From positions 218,170 to 242,800 of the forward strand of contig CBFHOE010000003.1 of the NCBI GenBank assembly GCA_965657355.1: a stretch of DNA of 24,631 bases, given 5' to 3'. Below the pieces are notes generated by a model that was not told where the DNA came from, did no database searches, and saw nothing but the letters and a program-made list of their open reading frames with translations. A program made the translations under genes and the position numbers. This document shows, piece after piece, positions 1 to 8,888 of the stretch (position 1 is its first letter; every line of letters begins with the position of its first letter). This stretch comes from Limisphaerales bacterium (GTDB taxonomy: Bacteria > Verrucomicrobiota > Verrucomicrobiia > Limisphaerales > JAJOIW01).

Positions 1-8
1 GCTTCTAT

Positions 9-200
9 ATGGACATATCTTTAGCTCAGTCGATTGCTAGTCACGTTAGCGGTAGCGGTGCTGTTGGAGCTGAAATTGGTGTCAGGATGCTTGAAAAAGC
101 AAACGACCAAATTGAACAGCAGGGAAAAGCTATGGTTAACCTCATTGAGGCATCTTCATTGGTTGATTCTTCTCAAGGCAAAATCGACGCTCATGCGTGA
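9..200 (+). CDS. Small YjfB-family-like protein (putative motility protein family)
   Basis: 63 aa with MDIS start, central 'GVRMLEKANDQIEQQGKAMVNLIE' helix and C-terminal 'QGKIDAHA'; this matches the size and G..ID..A ending typical of YjfB-like proteins (recognised by eye). Confidence 0.65.
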   Translation: MDISLAQSIASHVSGSGAVGAEIGVRMLEKANDQIEQQGKAMVNLIEASSLVDSSQGKIDAHA

Positions 201-214
201 GGGGTATCATTTTT

Positions 215-1144
215 TTATCGTTCATTTTTTTCGATACCGGTGATTTTATCTGTCAGAATTGTGTAATATTTTTCTGCTGATTTAGGTGCCAAGTGGATAC
301 CATCAGTATACTCATATTCTGCAGCATCCACATTTTCCAACCAACTAAATTCTGGTGCCGGGAATCCATTTTTAATTCCTGCGAGGAGTTTTCGCGGGGT
401 TTCCAATTTTTCTAAGTCGGGATGAATAGGCATACAGAATAAAATTATATGGGCTCCTTTATCTGAAAATTCCTTCACATATGCACGAAGTTTGCTTGTT
501 ATCGAAGATATTTTGTCATCTTCTATCCCTGCTTCTAGGTACTCTTTTTGTCCGGCAATATTGCGGTTAAACCTATCCTGTAACTCAGTTGATTTGGCGT
601 CTGTTGTTTTGAACAATGGTAGCTTTGATGTAACAGTTAAATATAACTTATTAAAACCTGTATGTATTGGCCAACCTAGGATGGACAGCGGTCTGTTATA
701 ATCTCTGAGAAAAGGCGTGCTTTTCCATATTTTTTTATTGGTCTCACTTAGAAGCTTGGTTACCCATTCTTTTTCATCGTAAATAATCAATCGATTTATT
801 TCTATTGCTATAATCTTTGGCGGGGTTTGCGATGAACTCCTTTCTTTAATTAATGCAAGCCCATCAAAACTACTTCCCCCATTGATCGTTATCATAGTCG
901 TTTCTGGATCTGTGTTAAATGGGTCAAGTCGATCAGCAAATGATGATCCCACAATAACACAACGGGGAGTTTTCTCCTGTAATATGAATTTTTGGGCTGC
1001 GACGATAGGCCCCCTTTCTGGGAGTCTTTTTGAGTCAGGTAAGGTAGTCGTCACCAAATAGTGGCTGATGATAACAATCAAGAAGCAAAGACCACTACGG
1101 GCTATAAGTTTTGATCGATTTAGGTCTTTATTTTCTTTAGACAT
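215..1144 (-). CDS. Membrane-anchored SGNH/GDSL-hydrolase-like protein (AlgJ/PatB-like partner of the MBOAT)
   Basis: N-terminal hydrophobic anchor, block-I-like 'VIVGSSF', C-terminal 'DGIHL' (D-x-x-H); begins 10 nt downstream of the MBOAT stop on the same strand. Confidence 0.7.
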   Translation of the reverse strand: MSKENKDLNRSKLIARSGLCFLIVIISHYLVTTTLPDSKRLPERGPIVAAQKFILQEKTPRCVIVGSSFADRLDPFNTDPETTMITINGGSSFDGLALIKERSSSQTPPKIIAIEINRLIIYDEKEWVTKLLSETNKKIWKSTPFLRDYNRPLSILGWPIHTGFNKLYLTVTSKLPLFKTTDAKSTELQDRFNRNIAGQKEYLEAGIEDDKISSITSKLRAYVKEFSDKGAHIILFCMPIHPDLEKLETPRKLLAGIKNGFPAPEFSWLENVDAAEYEYTDGIHLAPKSAEKYYTILTDKITGIEKNER

Positions 1145-1154
1145 GATTTCTGTT

Positions 1155-2594
1155 TCAAAATTGAAAATAGATAAATTCTCCAGCTGACCCGGAATTGAAT
1201 ATGATTAGCCAAAGCATTATCGCAAATGCAAGGGGTTCCATCCAATTTGTGAAATGGTTTTTGCCTGCTTGGGCAATTTTATCTTTTAAGTGATATAAGA
1301 TGACAGGTATCGAATACAGCCCGACAAATGTCATCCATACAAGGTTCGGTATCCCACGGTTTTGTAAAATAGCTCCCCAGAAGGCAATATACTGGTCGAA
1401 ATTTTCCAGTATGAACAAAAGCCAAGCGTGAGTAACAAATATAAAGATCATCATGACTCTCATTATTGCAATCAACGTGGATTTTGAATCTGGTGGCTTT
1501 GCCCCGAATGTCAGTCGTTCAACGGCGAGTGCTAGCCCGTGTAAAATTCCCCAAAATGCATAATTCCAGCCGGCTCCGTGCCAAAGTCCTCCGAGAAACA
1601 TCACGATAAAAAGGTTTATAAATGTGCGAAAAGAGCCCTTCTTGTTTCCCCCGAGCGGAAAGTAAAGATATTGTCTCAGCCAAGTCGAAAGTGAAATATG
1701 CCATCTAGACCAAAAGTTCGCAAAGCTCTGAGCTTTGTATGGTCTGTTAAAATTAACAGGTATATTATATCCGAAGAAAGCGGAAAGCCCTATGGCGATC
1801 GATGAATACCCAGCAAAGTCTGCAAAGATTTGAACTGAATAACCAAAAAGTAGGGTTAGGAGCGTCAAACAATCGATATTAATGAAGAGAGGATAGTTAA
1901 GGTAATAAGTCAGGTCCTTTAAATTATCAGCAACGACCATTTTCAAAAAATAGCCAATAACTAAAAACCTGAATACCTTCTCCCATTGGATGTTTTCCAG
2001 TGATTTGTGCGTTATTTGATGAAAAAAGTCTCGAGCTTTTACTATAGGTCCTGCAACTAATTGAGGGAAAAAAGAGATATAAAGCGCAGTGTCAATGGTG
2101 TATTTTAGAAAACCCAGTTCTGCTGTTTTATGAATGGTATTTGCGCTTTCATTTGTATCCTTTTTGGTTTGTGTCCGGAAGCAATCCATTACCAGGCTGA
2201 TACCTTGAAATGTAAAGAATGAGATGCCAAGCGGTAGTGGTATTGAAAGTAAAAATGCACCAACAGAATTATCCTCAAGGCCCTTTCCTAAGATGGTCAG
2301 CGTAATTAATCCTGCGTATTTGAACCAACACAAAACGAATAAATTGACTGTAACCGCAAAAGCGGCAACCCATTTTCCCTTACTTAGAGAGTTCGTTATG
2401 ATTGCAAAACTGCTTGCGGCGTTGCTAAGAATCGAAAAAAGTAAAAGAAAAGAAAGAGCAGGATTATGATGCGCATAAAAGACAAAACTGGATACGATTA
2501 GAGTAAAAACTTGATATCGTTTAAGGCCGGGAAAGTAGTACAAAATCCCTGTTACTGCAAATAGGGTTACGAATTCAATACTATTAAAAAGCAT
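1155..2594 (-). CDS. MBOAT family O-acyltransferase (AlgI/DltB/PatA-like)
   Basis: Motifs LPLGISFFTFQ, FFPQLVAGPI, DFAGYS, NF.RPY, FWSRWHISLSTW, GLWHG (catalytic His) and C-terminal FIYFQF. Start moved from the ORF-track TTG at 2660 to the ATG at 2594, giving the family-typical MLFNS..F N-terminus. Confidence 0.93.
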   Translation of the reverse strand: MLFNSIEFVTLFAVTGILYYFPGLKRYQVFTLIVSSFVFYAHHNPALSFLLLFSILSNAASSFAIITNSLSKGKWVAAFAVTVNLFVLCWFKYAGLITLTILGKGLEDNSVGAFLLSIPLPLGISFFTFQGISLVMDCFRTQTKKDTNESANTIHKTAELGFLKYTIDTALYISFFPQLVAGPIVKARDFFHQITHKSLENIQWEKVFRFLVIGYFLKMVVADNLKDLTYYLNYPLFINIDCLTLLTLLFGYSVQIFADFAGYSSIAIGLSAFFGYNIPVNFNRPYKAQSFANFWSRWHISLSTWLRQYLYFPLGGNKKGSFRTFINLFIVMFLGGLWHGAGWNYAFWGILHGLALAVERLTFGAKPPDSKSTLIAIMRVMMIFIFVTHAWLLFILENFDQYIAFWGAILQNRGIPNLVWMTFVGLYSIPVILYHLKDKIAQAGKNHFTNWMEPLAFAIMLWLIIFNSGSAGEFIYFQF

Positions 2595-2812
2595 GATTGT
2601 TTCCGCTGGCTTGTCTCTTGAGAGTTTTTTCGTTTGAAGCCTGAATAGGCTTATCCACAATTAGTTTAGTATCTGAATTTTACTGTAGTTCCAATCAAAT
2701 ATCTTTTCTCAGATACAACAAACGATTTTTCATCCCTTCCGTTATACCTGTAATTTACTCATTGTAACCAACTTGTTGATAATGATAATTTGTAATACGT
2801 GGGTATTTTGAT

Positions 2813-2870
2813 TTGGGAAAATACCCCAGATGGGTAATATTTCCCAATAGGTAGTGGGCAATATTGCCAA
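2813..2870. promoter_or_regulatory. Three 16-bp palindromic sites (putative sigma-54 enhancer/UAS), copy 1
   Basis: TTGGGAAAATACCCCA (2813-2828), TGGGTAATATTTCCCA (2831-2846), TGGGCAATATTGCCAA (2855-2870); the same triplet recurs at 8737-8793. Confidence 0.75.
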
Positions 2871-2940
2871 CTTTTTCAAAAAACAAGCTCGCTATAGGTG
2901 AAAAATTTGCAAATTTTGGAAAAAACGAATGAAAATGATT

Positions 2941-2956
2941 AGGCACATTTAATGCT
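2941..2956 (+). promoter_or_regulatory. Putative sigma-54 (RpoN) -24/-12 promoter for 3005..3604
   Basis: AGGCACATTTAATGCT has GG(2942-43)-N10-GC(2954-55) and matches TGGCAC-N5-TTGC; about 50 nt before the ATG. Confidence 0.7.
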
Positions 2957-3004
2957 ACATTAATATCATTTGGACAAATTCCTAAAGAATATTAAACAGA
3001 CACA

Positions 3005-3604
3005 ATGAAGGCTCGTTTGCTTATTTTTATAATGATGATTTTCACCACGGCTATCTACGGTCAGGTCAATACTCGTGGGTCCAAATCAAAGCTGAGCGGC
3101 TCTGAGTCAAATGTCCAGCAGCGGAAAGGGATTGGCAACTCCGCTCCTAATACGATCCAAAAAGATAAAATTTCCGATAGTGTTAACAGACCGGAAACGC
3201 TAAATAAGCCAAAGGCTACGAAAGAAAAAAAGGACGGAAAAAAAGGAAAAAGGCCACCGCAGGATGTCCTTTCAACACTTAAAGGGATCAAAGCCAAAGA
3301 CCTGCCCAAAGATCTTAGAAAACTCATCGAAGATTTCGAAAAATCAAAGAGGGACTATGCCAAAGACCACAAGAGATTGCGGGGTGAGTTCTCAAAGGCT
3401 ACTCACGCAGCGAGAAAAACGATTTTAAAGGAGGCTCGAGACAAGGCGGTTAATTTCATCAGCGCGCAGAAGGACAGGCGACGCGAGATTGAGCAGAGAC
3501 TTAGAGAATTAAGAAGAGAAAACAATAGGCTCAAAGATATCTTCGATGCTGCCAAAGAGGCTGCAGAAGATAATAAGAATGACGTCCGAAGAGGCGACGA
3601 TTAA
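3005..3604 (+). CDS. Secreted, basic, alpha-helical hypothetical protein A (paralog of 8995..9534)
   Basis: Sec-type signal peptide MKARLLIFIMMIFTTAIYG, disordered K-rich region, then a ~100-aa charged helical domain aligning by eye with 8995..9534. Confidence 0.85.
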   Translation: MKARLLIFIMMIFTTAIYGQVNTRGSKSKLSGSESNVQQRKGIGNSAPNTIQKDKISDSVNRPETLNKPKATKEKKDGKKGKRPPQDVLSTLKGIKAKDLPKDLRKLIEDFEKSKRDYAKDHKRLRGEFSKATHAARKTILKEARDKAVNFISAQKDRRREIEQRLRELRRENNRLKDIFDAAKEAAEDNKNDVRRGDD

Positions 3605-3762
3605 ATGACGCTTCTTCCTCTTAGTTTTTCATCTTTTTTTTAACCATTCGGATATCCTCTGCGTCTCATTATATATTGGGAATCTTCAAATTTTAATTGT
3701 GCGCTTGATTTCACAACGTTTGCACTCAAAAAGTTGAGGCCAAATAATATTGGTTATGGTTT

Positions 3763-5052
3763 ATGTGGAGATTTATCGTCCAATCTAATTTGCTTATGTT
3801 TTATTTCTTTTGGCCCGTATCTATTATAGGCCAAAATGATAATCAAAATGTTTTGCTGGGCTCAGATCGGGGTGATGAAGTCATTAATGGTGCAGATGTT
3901 TTGAGTGATAAAGATCAAGGTGAAACTTTAGAAAACGACGCCGATTTCGATGAGCTAACCTGGGATGAATCTTTGGACAGCATAGGCGAGTCCGATTTAT
4001 TATCTATTTTGGAAGAGGTTTCTGAAGAAGACGATTCAGCAGCATTTTTTTCCCTGAATGAAACAAGTATACTTTTTGGGAGTTTAGTTGGTAGGAAGTC
4101 GAATGTTTTGTATGCCAGTAATCCCGTAGCAGAGGATAGATCTTTATTTGGAGTGCATGGTGAATTTTTATATTGGGGCCTTAATTACACGGGGCATCGG
4201 ATGACATTTTATAATTACTTCGAGCACCTTGGGTTTCTTGCCCAGGGGCAGGCTGATAAAGAACAAATAGCGATTTCAAGTTTCAATTACGAATTGCCGG
4301 TTTATAAAGAACACAAGGTTATTTTTGATTTTGGTTACCTTTATCAAGACCAGGTATTTGACGTGTCGAGCTCTGAAGACAGCTTATTCACAGTTCAGGC
4401 TATGGGGCACCAATTCTCCTCATCACTGGGATGGAAGAAAAAATTTGATTCAAATTTGACCCTCCAATTGAGCGCTGCTGCAGAAAGACAAGTTTTTGCT
4501 TTTCCATTGGACGACTATTGGCAATGGGGACCTGTATTCGAGGCCAACTGGGAAACCGATTCTCGCCATGAATTAACATTTCAATCTCGATTTCAAAATA
4601 GAGACTATGACACCCGAAATGAAACAATTACTGGAGTGCCACTCCGGTTTAAACGCTTGGACTCTGTTTTGGAATGGGAATATGACATAGATGAAGATGG
4701 ACACTGGTGGACGGGAGTTGAATTAGGTTACCGGCGAAATGAGGATAATGGAGGAGGTTTTTTTGATTATCACAGATATTCTATTGGACCAACCTTAGGA
4801 TATGAAGATGATTTGTGGAATGTTGAGGTCAGTTACTCTTATCGAAAGTATTTTTATGAGTTACAGTTTTTTGGCACAGAAAGTCTGATTCGTGATGATT
4901 CCCTTTTAACCTTTCGCATTAAATACCATGTCAATGACAATTGGAAGTGGTTTGGGGAATGCGAGAGCCAAATTGCCGGTTCGAGTGATCCTGCGGATGA
5001 ATACGAAGTTTTCTCTATAATAACGGGCTTTGATTATGAGCTTAAGTGGTAA
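3763..5052 (+). CDS. Putative outer-membrane beta-barrel protein with acidic N-terminal extension
   Basis: Hydrophobic N-terminus, D/E-rich stretch, then alternating aromatic/polar beta-strand pattern (e.g. VELGYRRN, VEVSYSYRKY); ends in 'TGFDYELKW' with a terminal aromatic, a BAM-type signature. Confidence 0.75.
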   Translation: MWRFIVQSNLLMFYFFWPVSIIGQNDNQNVLLGSDRGDEVINGADVLSDKDQGETLENDADFDELTWDESLDSIGESDLLSILEEVSEEDDSAAFFSLNETSILFGSLVGRKSNVLYASNPVAEDRSLFGVHGEFLYWGLNYTGHRMTFYNYFEHLGFLAQGQADKEQIAISSFNYELPVYKEHKVIFDFGYLYQDQVFDVSSSEDSLFTVQAMGHQFSSSLGWKKKFDSNLTLQLSAAAERQVFAFPLDDYWQWGPVFEANWETDSRHELTFQSRFQNRDYDTRNETITGVPLRFKRLDSVLEWEYDIDEDGHWWTGVELGYRRNEDNGGGFFDYHRYSIGPTLGYEDDLWNVEVSYSYRKYFYELQFFGTESLIRDDSLLTFRIKYHVNDNWKWFGECESQIAGSSDPADEYEVFSIITGFDYELKW

Positions 5053-5074
5053 TCCGTCGTTAAAAAGGAAGCAA

Positions 5075-6514
5075 ATGCATAAGCCAAACGAATCGAAACT
5101 TAGTGCTCCCATTGGATTATTTTGGCTGTATGCCATTCTCGGTCTAATTTTTCTTAACCTTGTTTATATTTCAATGGTCGGGATCGGCCGTTCGTATCTG
5201 GAGATATCTCTTGAATCAGAGGTATTAAAACGTGAAACCCGATTAACCCAGAATATGATTGACTTCGTTCGCCGTCAGGTGGCTAAGGACATGGACGATC
5301 TTGATTTAGTTTGGCTCAGTGACCCGCTTCTTTCATTTCAGACGGTGCTGGAACCAGCGATTGAATTTTCCGACCTTTTACTTGGGATCCGCCATTACAA
5401 TACTGATGGCTCATTTTTACAATCTTTCCCATCAAGTCAGTCTGAAGAACCAATTGGTGTCGATATCATAAATAAACTTTCCAAAAATGGAGGGGAAGCT
5501 GTTTTTATGGAGCAGTTTGACCTGAGTAAAAAATTCATTTCATTTGAGTTGAGTGGAGACAGTTCAATAGCCATGCAACCTGTAGTCATCGTTCGCTTAC
5601 CAATTTCAGGCGATGAATCATCCATGTCTGGTGGGATTGTGGAGTTCTATCAAACCGGCACCGCATTTATGGATGAGAGATCTCGCATTCTAGATGAAAT
5701 ACGAACAAAAGCACAGTTGCTCGTTTGGACTGGCTGTTTTCTTATAACTTTTGGATCATTTATATTCCTGTTTTTTCTATATAAGTCACAGGTCAAGACT
5801 ATTCACCATTCGCGTGAACTAATGAAAGCAAACGGCGAGCTTTTAAGGTATGCTAAAAGTTCAGCATTAGGATCTATTTCGGCTCATCTCATCCACGGTC
5901 TGCGAGGTCCTTTGGCCGGATTAAAACAATTCATAGAATTTGGGAAATCAGATTCAAAAAAGGTAAATCAGTCCAGTTGGAATGATGCCGAAATTTCCAT
6001 GTCAAAATTAAAAAAACTAGTGGATGACGTCGTCTATATGATTCAAGACGAAAAATCTAGTGCGTCCGGTACTCTCTCCATACTCGATCTATTCGAAACA
6101 ATAAATGGAAAGTTTTTGGGTGAGGGTGGAAGTAGAATTCGGATTATGAGCGATAAAGAAAGCATCTTGAGCCAGGAGGTGTTAATTAGGAATTGGAATC
6201 TTTTAGTGCTGGTTCTGACTAATCTCATTGAGAATTCCATTGATGCAGGAGGTTCTGAGACGACTGTTAAATTGTCTGCTAATTTGAGCGATGGGATGGT
6301 AGAGTGTCGTGTAGTGGATGATGCTGGAGGAATTCCAGATCATTTGATTTCCAAGCTTTTCGAGCCGAAGGTTTCTCGAAAAGCCACCGGGAGCGGTATT
6401 GGATTGGCAATTAGTCGTCAACTGATGTCACAAGCTGGGGGGGATTTGGTGCTGGAAAGTAGCGATGCGTCTGGTTCCGTTTTCTTAGCTTCAATTCCGA
6501 GAAACGGCATATGA
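5075..6514 (+). CDS. Sensor histidine kinase (two TM helices, periplasmic sensor, HisKA + HATPase)
   Basis: H-box AHLIHGLRGPL, N-box LTNLIENSIDA, G1 VDDAGGIP, F-box LFEP, G2 GSGIGLAIS. ATG at 5075 follows an AAGGAAG RBS-like sequence and avoids overlap with the barrel gene (ORF track starts at 5030). Confidence 0.93.
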   Translation: MHKPNESKLSAPIGLFWLYAILGLIFLNLVYISMVGIGRSYLEISLESEVLKRETRLTQNMIDFVRRQVAKDMDDLDLVWLSDPLLSFQTVLEPAIEFSDLLLGIRHYNTDGSFLQSFPSSQSEEPIGVDIINKLSKNGGEAVFMEQFDLSKKFISFELSGDSSIAMQPVVIVRLPISGDESSMSGGIVEFYQTGTAFMDERSRILDEIRTKAQLLVWTGCFLITFGSFIFLFFLYKSQVKTIHHSRELMKANGELLRYAKSSALGSISAHLIHGLRGPLAGLKQFIEFGKSDSKKVNQSSWNDAEISMSKLKKLVDDVVYMIQDEKSSASGTLSILDLFETINGKFLGEGGSRIRIMSDKESILSQEVLIRNWNLLVLVLTNLIENSIDAGGSETTVKLSANLSDGMVECRVVDDAGGIPDHLISKLFEPKVSRKATGSGIGLAISRQLMSQAGGDLVLESSDASGSVFLASIPRNGI

Positions 6515-6611
6515 TTATGCTTCATTTGCCCTGTTTAGAGAATCGCTGATTTGTTAAACAAAACTTCACATTTTGAATACAACGTCAGACAATTTAATCC
6601 GTCGACTGAAA

Positions 6612-8720
6612 ATGATTCAATACCTGCAGGGGCATGTGTTAATCATTTTTCTAATTTATATGCCAAGGTTGGTTGGAGGAACAGCTCCTGAAATGCCAAC
6701 TTGGATGTGGAGTCATCCTAAGCCGCACGGAAACAATATTTTCGAATTTGTCAAATATGGCGACTACCTTCTCCAGTTATGTGATTCTGGAAAACTCTAT
6801 TTTTCTTTGAATGGCGAGGAATGGGATTTAGCCGATACTGGCACACGCAATAGCTTAAGATCGGCCACAGTTTTTAATGATGCACTAATTATAGGTGCGG
6901 CTAATGGTGAAATATTAAGAACTGATGATTTGGTTAACTTTCAAAAAATTCAGTTATCTGAAAGTGATTGGATTGAAGGAGTTGCCTCTTCCAGAACCCA
7001 AGTAGTCGCCGTTGGCGACAATGGAAAAATATGGGCAAGCACAGATGGAGTGCAATGGACATCGGTGCCAACGATAACCTCAAATTGGTTGCGCAGTATT
7101 TACTACACCGGAAACCTCTTCATCGCCGTTGGGGAAAATGGACAACTCATGACATCTTTTAATGGGATTAACTGGGTCTCCAGAAACTCTGGAACTTCAG
7201 AGCATCTCAATAGAATCTCAAGCTTGGATAATAGACATCTCATAGTTGGCCAAAATGGGATTATTCTTTCAAGCTCGAACGGTATATCCTGGGTCGCGGA
7301 AAATTCAAATGTTACTGATGACTTATTCAATGTTGCCCTATCCAATAGTGGTGAGCTGATAGGGGGAAATTCAGTGGTGCTACATAAGACATCATCAACC
7401 ACTTCATGGTCCGAAATTGATCAAGGACTCCCTGACTGGGTCTGGCTTTCATCTATATACTGGAATGACGCTATTTACCTTGGTGGTCGAACTGGGCTTA
7501 CTTTTCAACTGCCATTAAATGAAGAGAATAACTCATTTATTAATTGGGGAACCTTCGATAATTCTCTGAGAAATTGGATTTGGGATCTGGAGATTGCTGG
7601 TGGTGAATTTTTCGCTGCCGGTGATTTTGGAACAGTAATGACAAGTTTCCGAGGTGTGAAATGGGAGTCTCTCGAAGTCCCGAATACAGTAACAAATAGT
7701 TTCCTGATGGGGCTCGAATACAATAAGCTTGGTCTCGCAGCAGTTGGGACTGATGGTGCTATAATTTTCTCGCCTCCAATTTCTACCAATTCATACACCA
7801 CTAACATTGTTGATAATAAAGAAGTCATTACTACCAATCTAGTAAGTGTCAACGGAAGGCAATTCGCCGATGTTCGCCCGGAGGGCTTTGATGGGGACCT
7901 TCAGGGCATAACTAGTTTCAACGATAAATTTTATGCCTCTGGAGATTCAGGTCTTATTTTAACAAGTGAAAATGGAATAGATTGGCAATTCGTTCAAACT
8001 TCTCAAACAGCAGTGCTTTCGAGTATGGCAAATAATGGTGAGGTTATGGTCGTAGTAGGTTCAGAGGGCACCACTGGATATTCCTCCAATGGGATGGATT
8101 GGTCATTCGTTTCGTCTCCGACACAAAATTGGTTAATCAGGGTGAGGTTTGTGAACGGATCTTTTTTTGCCAGCGGGCAAAATGGCCTTCTTCTAAAAAG
8201 TAATAACGGCAAATCTTGGAAAGAGATCCCCGCATTTAACAACAATATATGGGTGCAAGATATTTTTCATCATCAAGATGTTTATTACGCCGTTGGAACG
8301 CAAGGTGCCATGTGGTGGACCAGAGATTTAAACCAATGGAATGAAATGAATCTTCCCACAGGGAAATCATTATACACCATTTCCGGGAACTCTAGAAGAA
8401 TACTCGTTGCCGGAATAGAAGGAATTATATTAAGAACATTAACCGAAAGTATCTTCGATCCCATCTCATTGAATCATCCCCGTATAATTTCTTCTTTAAA
8501 TCAAGATAATATCGGAATGGCTCTATTTGGTGTAACTGATCAAAAATTTGAGGTTCAATCTAGTATCGATTGTGTAAACTGGGATCTTGTTTTTAAAGAT
8601 AGAATTACGGACCCAGATGGGCTTTATCTCTTCTTATTAGACTTCTTAACCGACGAGGCTGACGAAAATTCGTCCTTTGAATTTTTCAGAGTTAATCCTC
8701 TCGAAGATGATAGTCAGTAA
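6612..8720 (+). CDS. Secreted BNR/Asp-box (Ycf48-like) repeat beta-propeller protein 1 with C-terminal domain
   Basis: About 14 repeats of ~40 aa (AVG..G.I..S.[DN]G..W); likely start ATG 6612 gives a signal-like N-terminus (ORF track starts at TTG 6573); paralog of 9720..11840. Confidence 0.88.
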   Translation: MIQYLQGHVLIIFLIYMPRLVGGTAPEMPTWMWSHPKPHGNNIFEFVKYGDYLLQLCDSGKLYFSLNGEEWDLADTGTRNSLRSATVFNDALIIGAANGEILRTDDLVNFQKIQLSESDWIEGVASSRTQVVAVGDNGKIWASTDGVQWTSVPTITSNWLRSIYYTGNLFIAVGENGQLMTSFNGINWVSRNSGTSEHLNRISSLDNRHLIVGQNGIILSSSNGISWVAENSNVTDDLFNVALSNSGELIGGNSVVLHKTSSTTSWSEIDQGLPDWVWLSSIYWNDAIYLGGRTGLTFQLPLNEENNSFINWGTFDNSLRNWIWDLEIAGGEFFAAGDFGTVMTSFRGVKWESLEVPNTVTNSFLMGLEYNKLGLAAVGTDGAIIFSPPISTNSYTTNIVDNKEVITTNLVSVNGRQFADVRPEGFDGDLQGITSFNDKFYASGDSGLILTSENGIDWQFVQTSQTAVLSSMANNGEVMVVVGSEGTTGYSSNGMDWSFVSSPTQNWLIRVRFVNGSFFASGQNGLLLKSNNGKSWKEIPAFNNNIWVQDIFHHQDVYYAVGTQGAMWWTRDLNQWNEMNLPTGKSLYTISGNSRRILVAGIEGIILRTLTESIFDPISLNHPRIISSLNQDNIGMALFGVTDQKFEVQSSIDCVNWDLVFKDRITDPDGLYLFLLDFLTDEADENSSFEFFRVNPLEDDSQ

Positions 8721-8736
8721 TTCTTTTTAAAACGCA

Positions 8737-8793
8737 TGGGGTATATTTCCCATTGGGGTAAATACCCCAAAATCATATGGGGTATATTGCCCA
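8737..8793. promoter_or_regulatory. Three 16-bp palindromic sites (putative sigma-54 enhancer/UAS), copy 2
   Basis: TGGGGTATATTTCCCA (8737-8752), TGGGGTAAATACCCCA (8754-8769), TGGGGTATATTGCCCA (8778-8793). Confidence 0.78.
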
Positions 8794-8872
8794 CTTTTCC
8801 CACTTTTCCAATTTTTACACCCAATAAGGCTGGTTTTTGACCAAAACTGTCCATTTTTCCATCCTCTGTAAA

Positions 8873-8888
8873 TGGCACGGTTAATGAT
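8873..8888 (+). promoter_or_regulatory. Putative sigma-54 promoter for 8995..9534
   Basis: TGGCACGGTTAATGAT has a perfect -24 TGGCACG; the -12 element is ATGA instead of TTGC. It shares GGCAC..TTAATG with the 2941 promoter. Confidence 0.62.

Noticed and set aside
2902..2917. Perfect palindrome AAAATTTGCAAATTTT
   Set aside because: Low complexity in AT-rich DNA and not present in the second promoter copy.
2755..2946. 63-aa minus-strand ORF
   Set aside because: It lies across the enhancer and promoter motifs and has no recognisable protein features.
3588..3617. Hairpin GAAGAGGCG/CGCTTCTTC spanning the stop of protein A
   Set aside because: 12-nt loop and no immediately adjacent T-run; too weak to call a terminator.
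8737..8816. Clustered repeats (also 2813-2870) as a mini-CRISPR or IS ends
   Set aside because: Units are 16 bp with gaps of only 1-8 bp; there are no spacers, cas genes or transposase. They fit protein-binding sites better.
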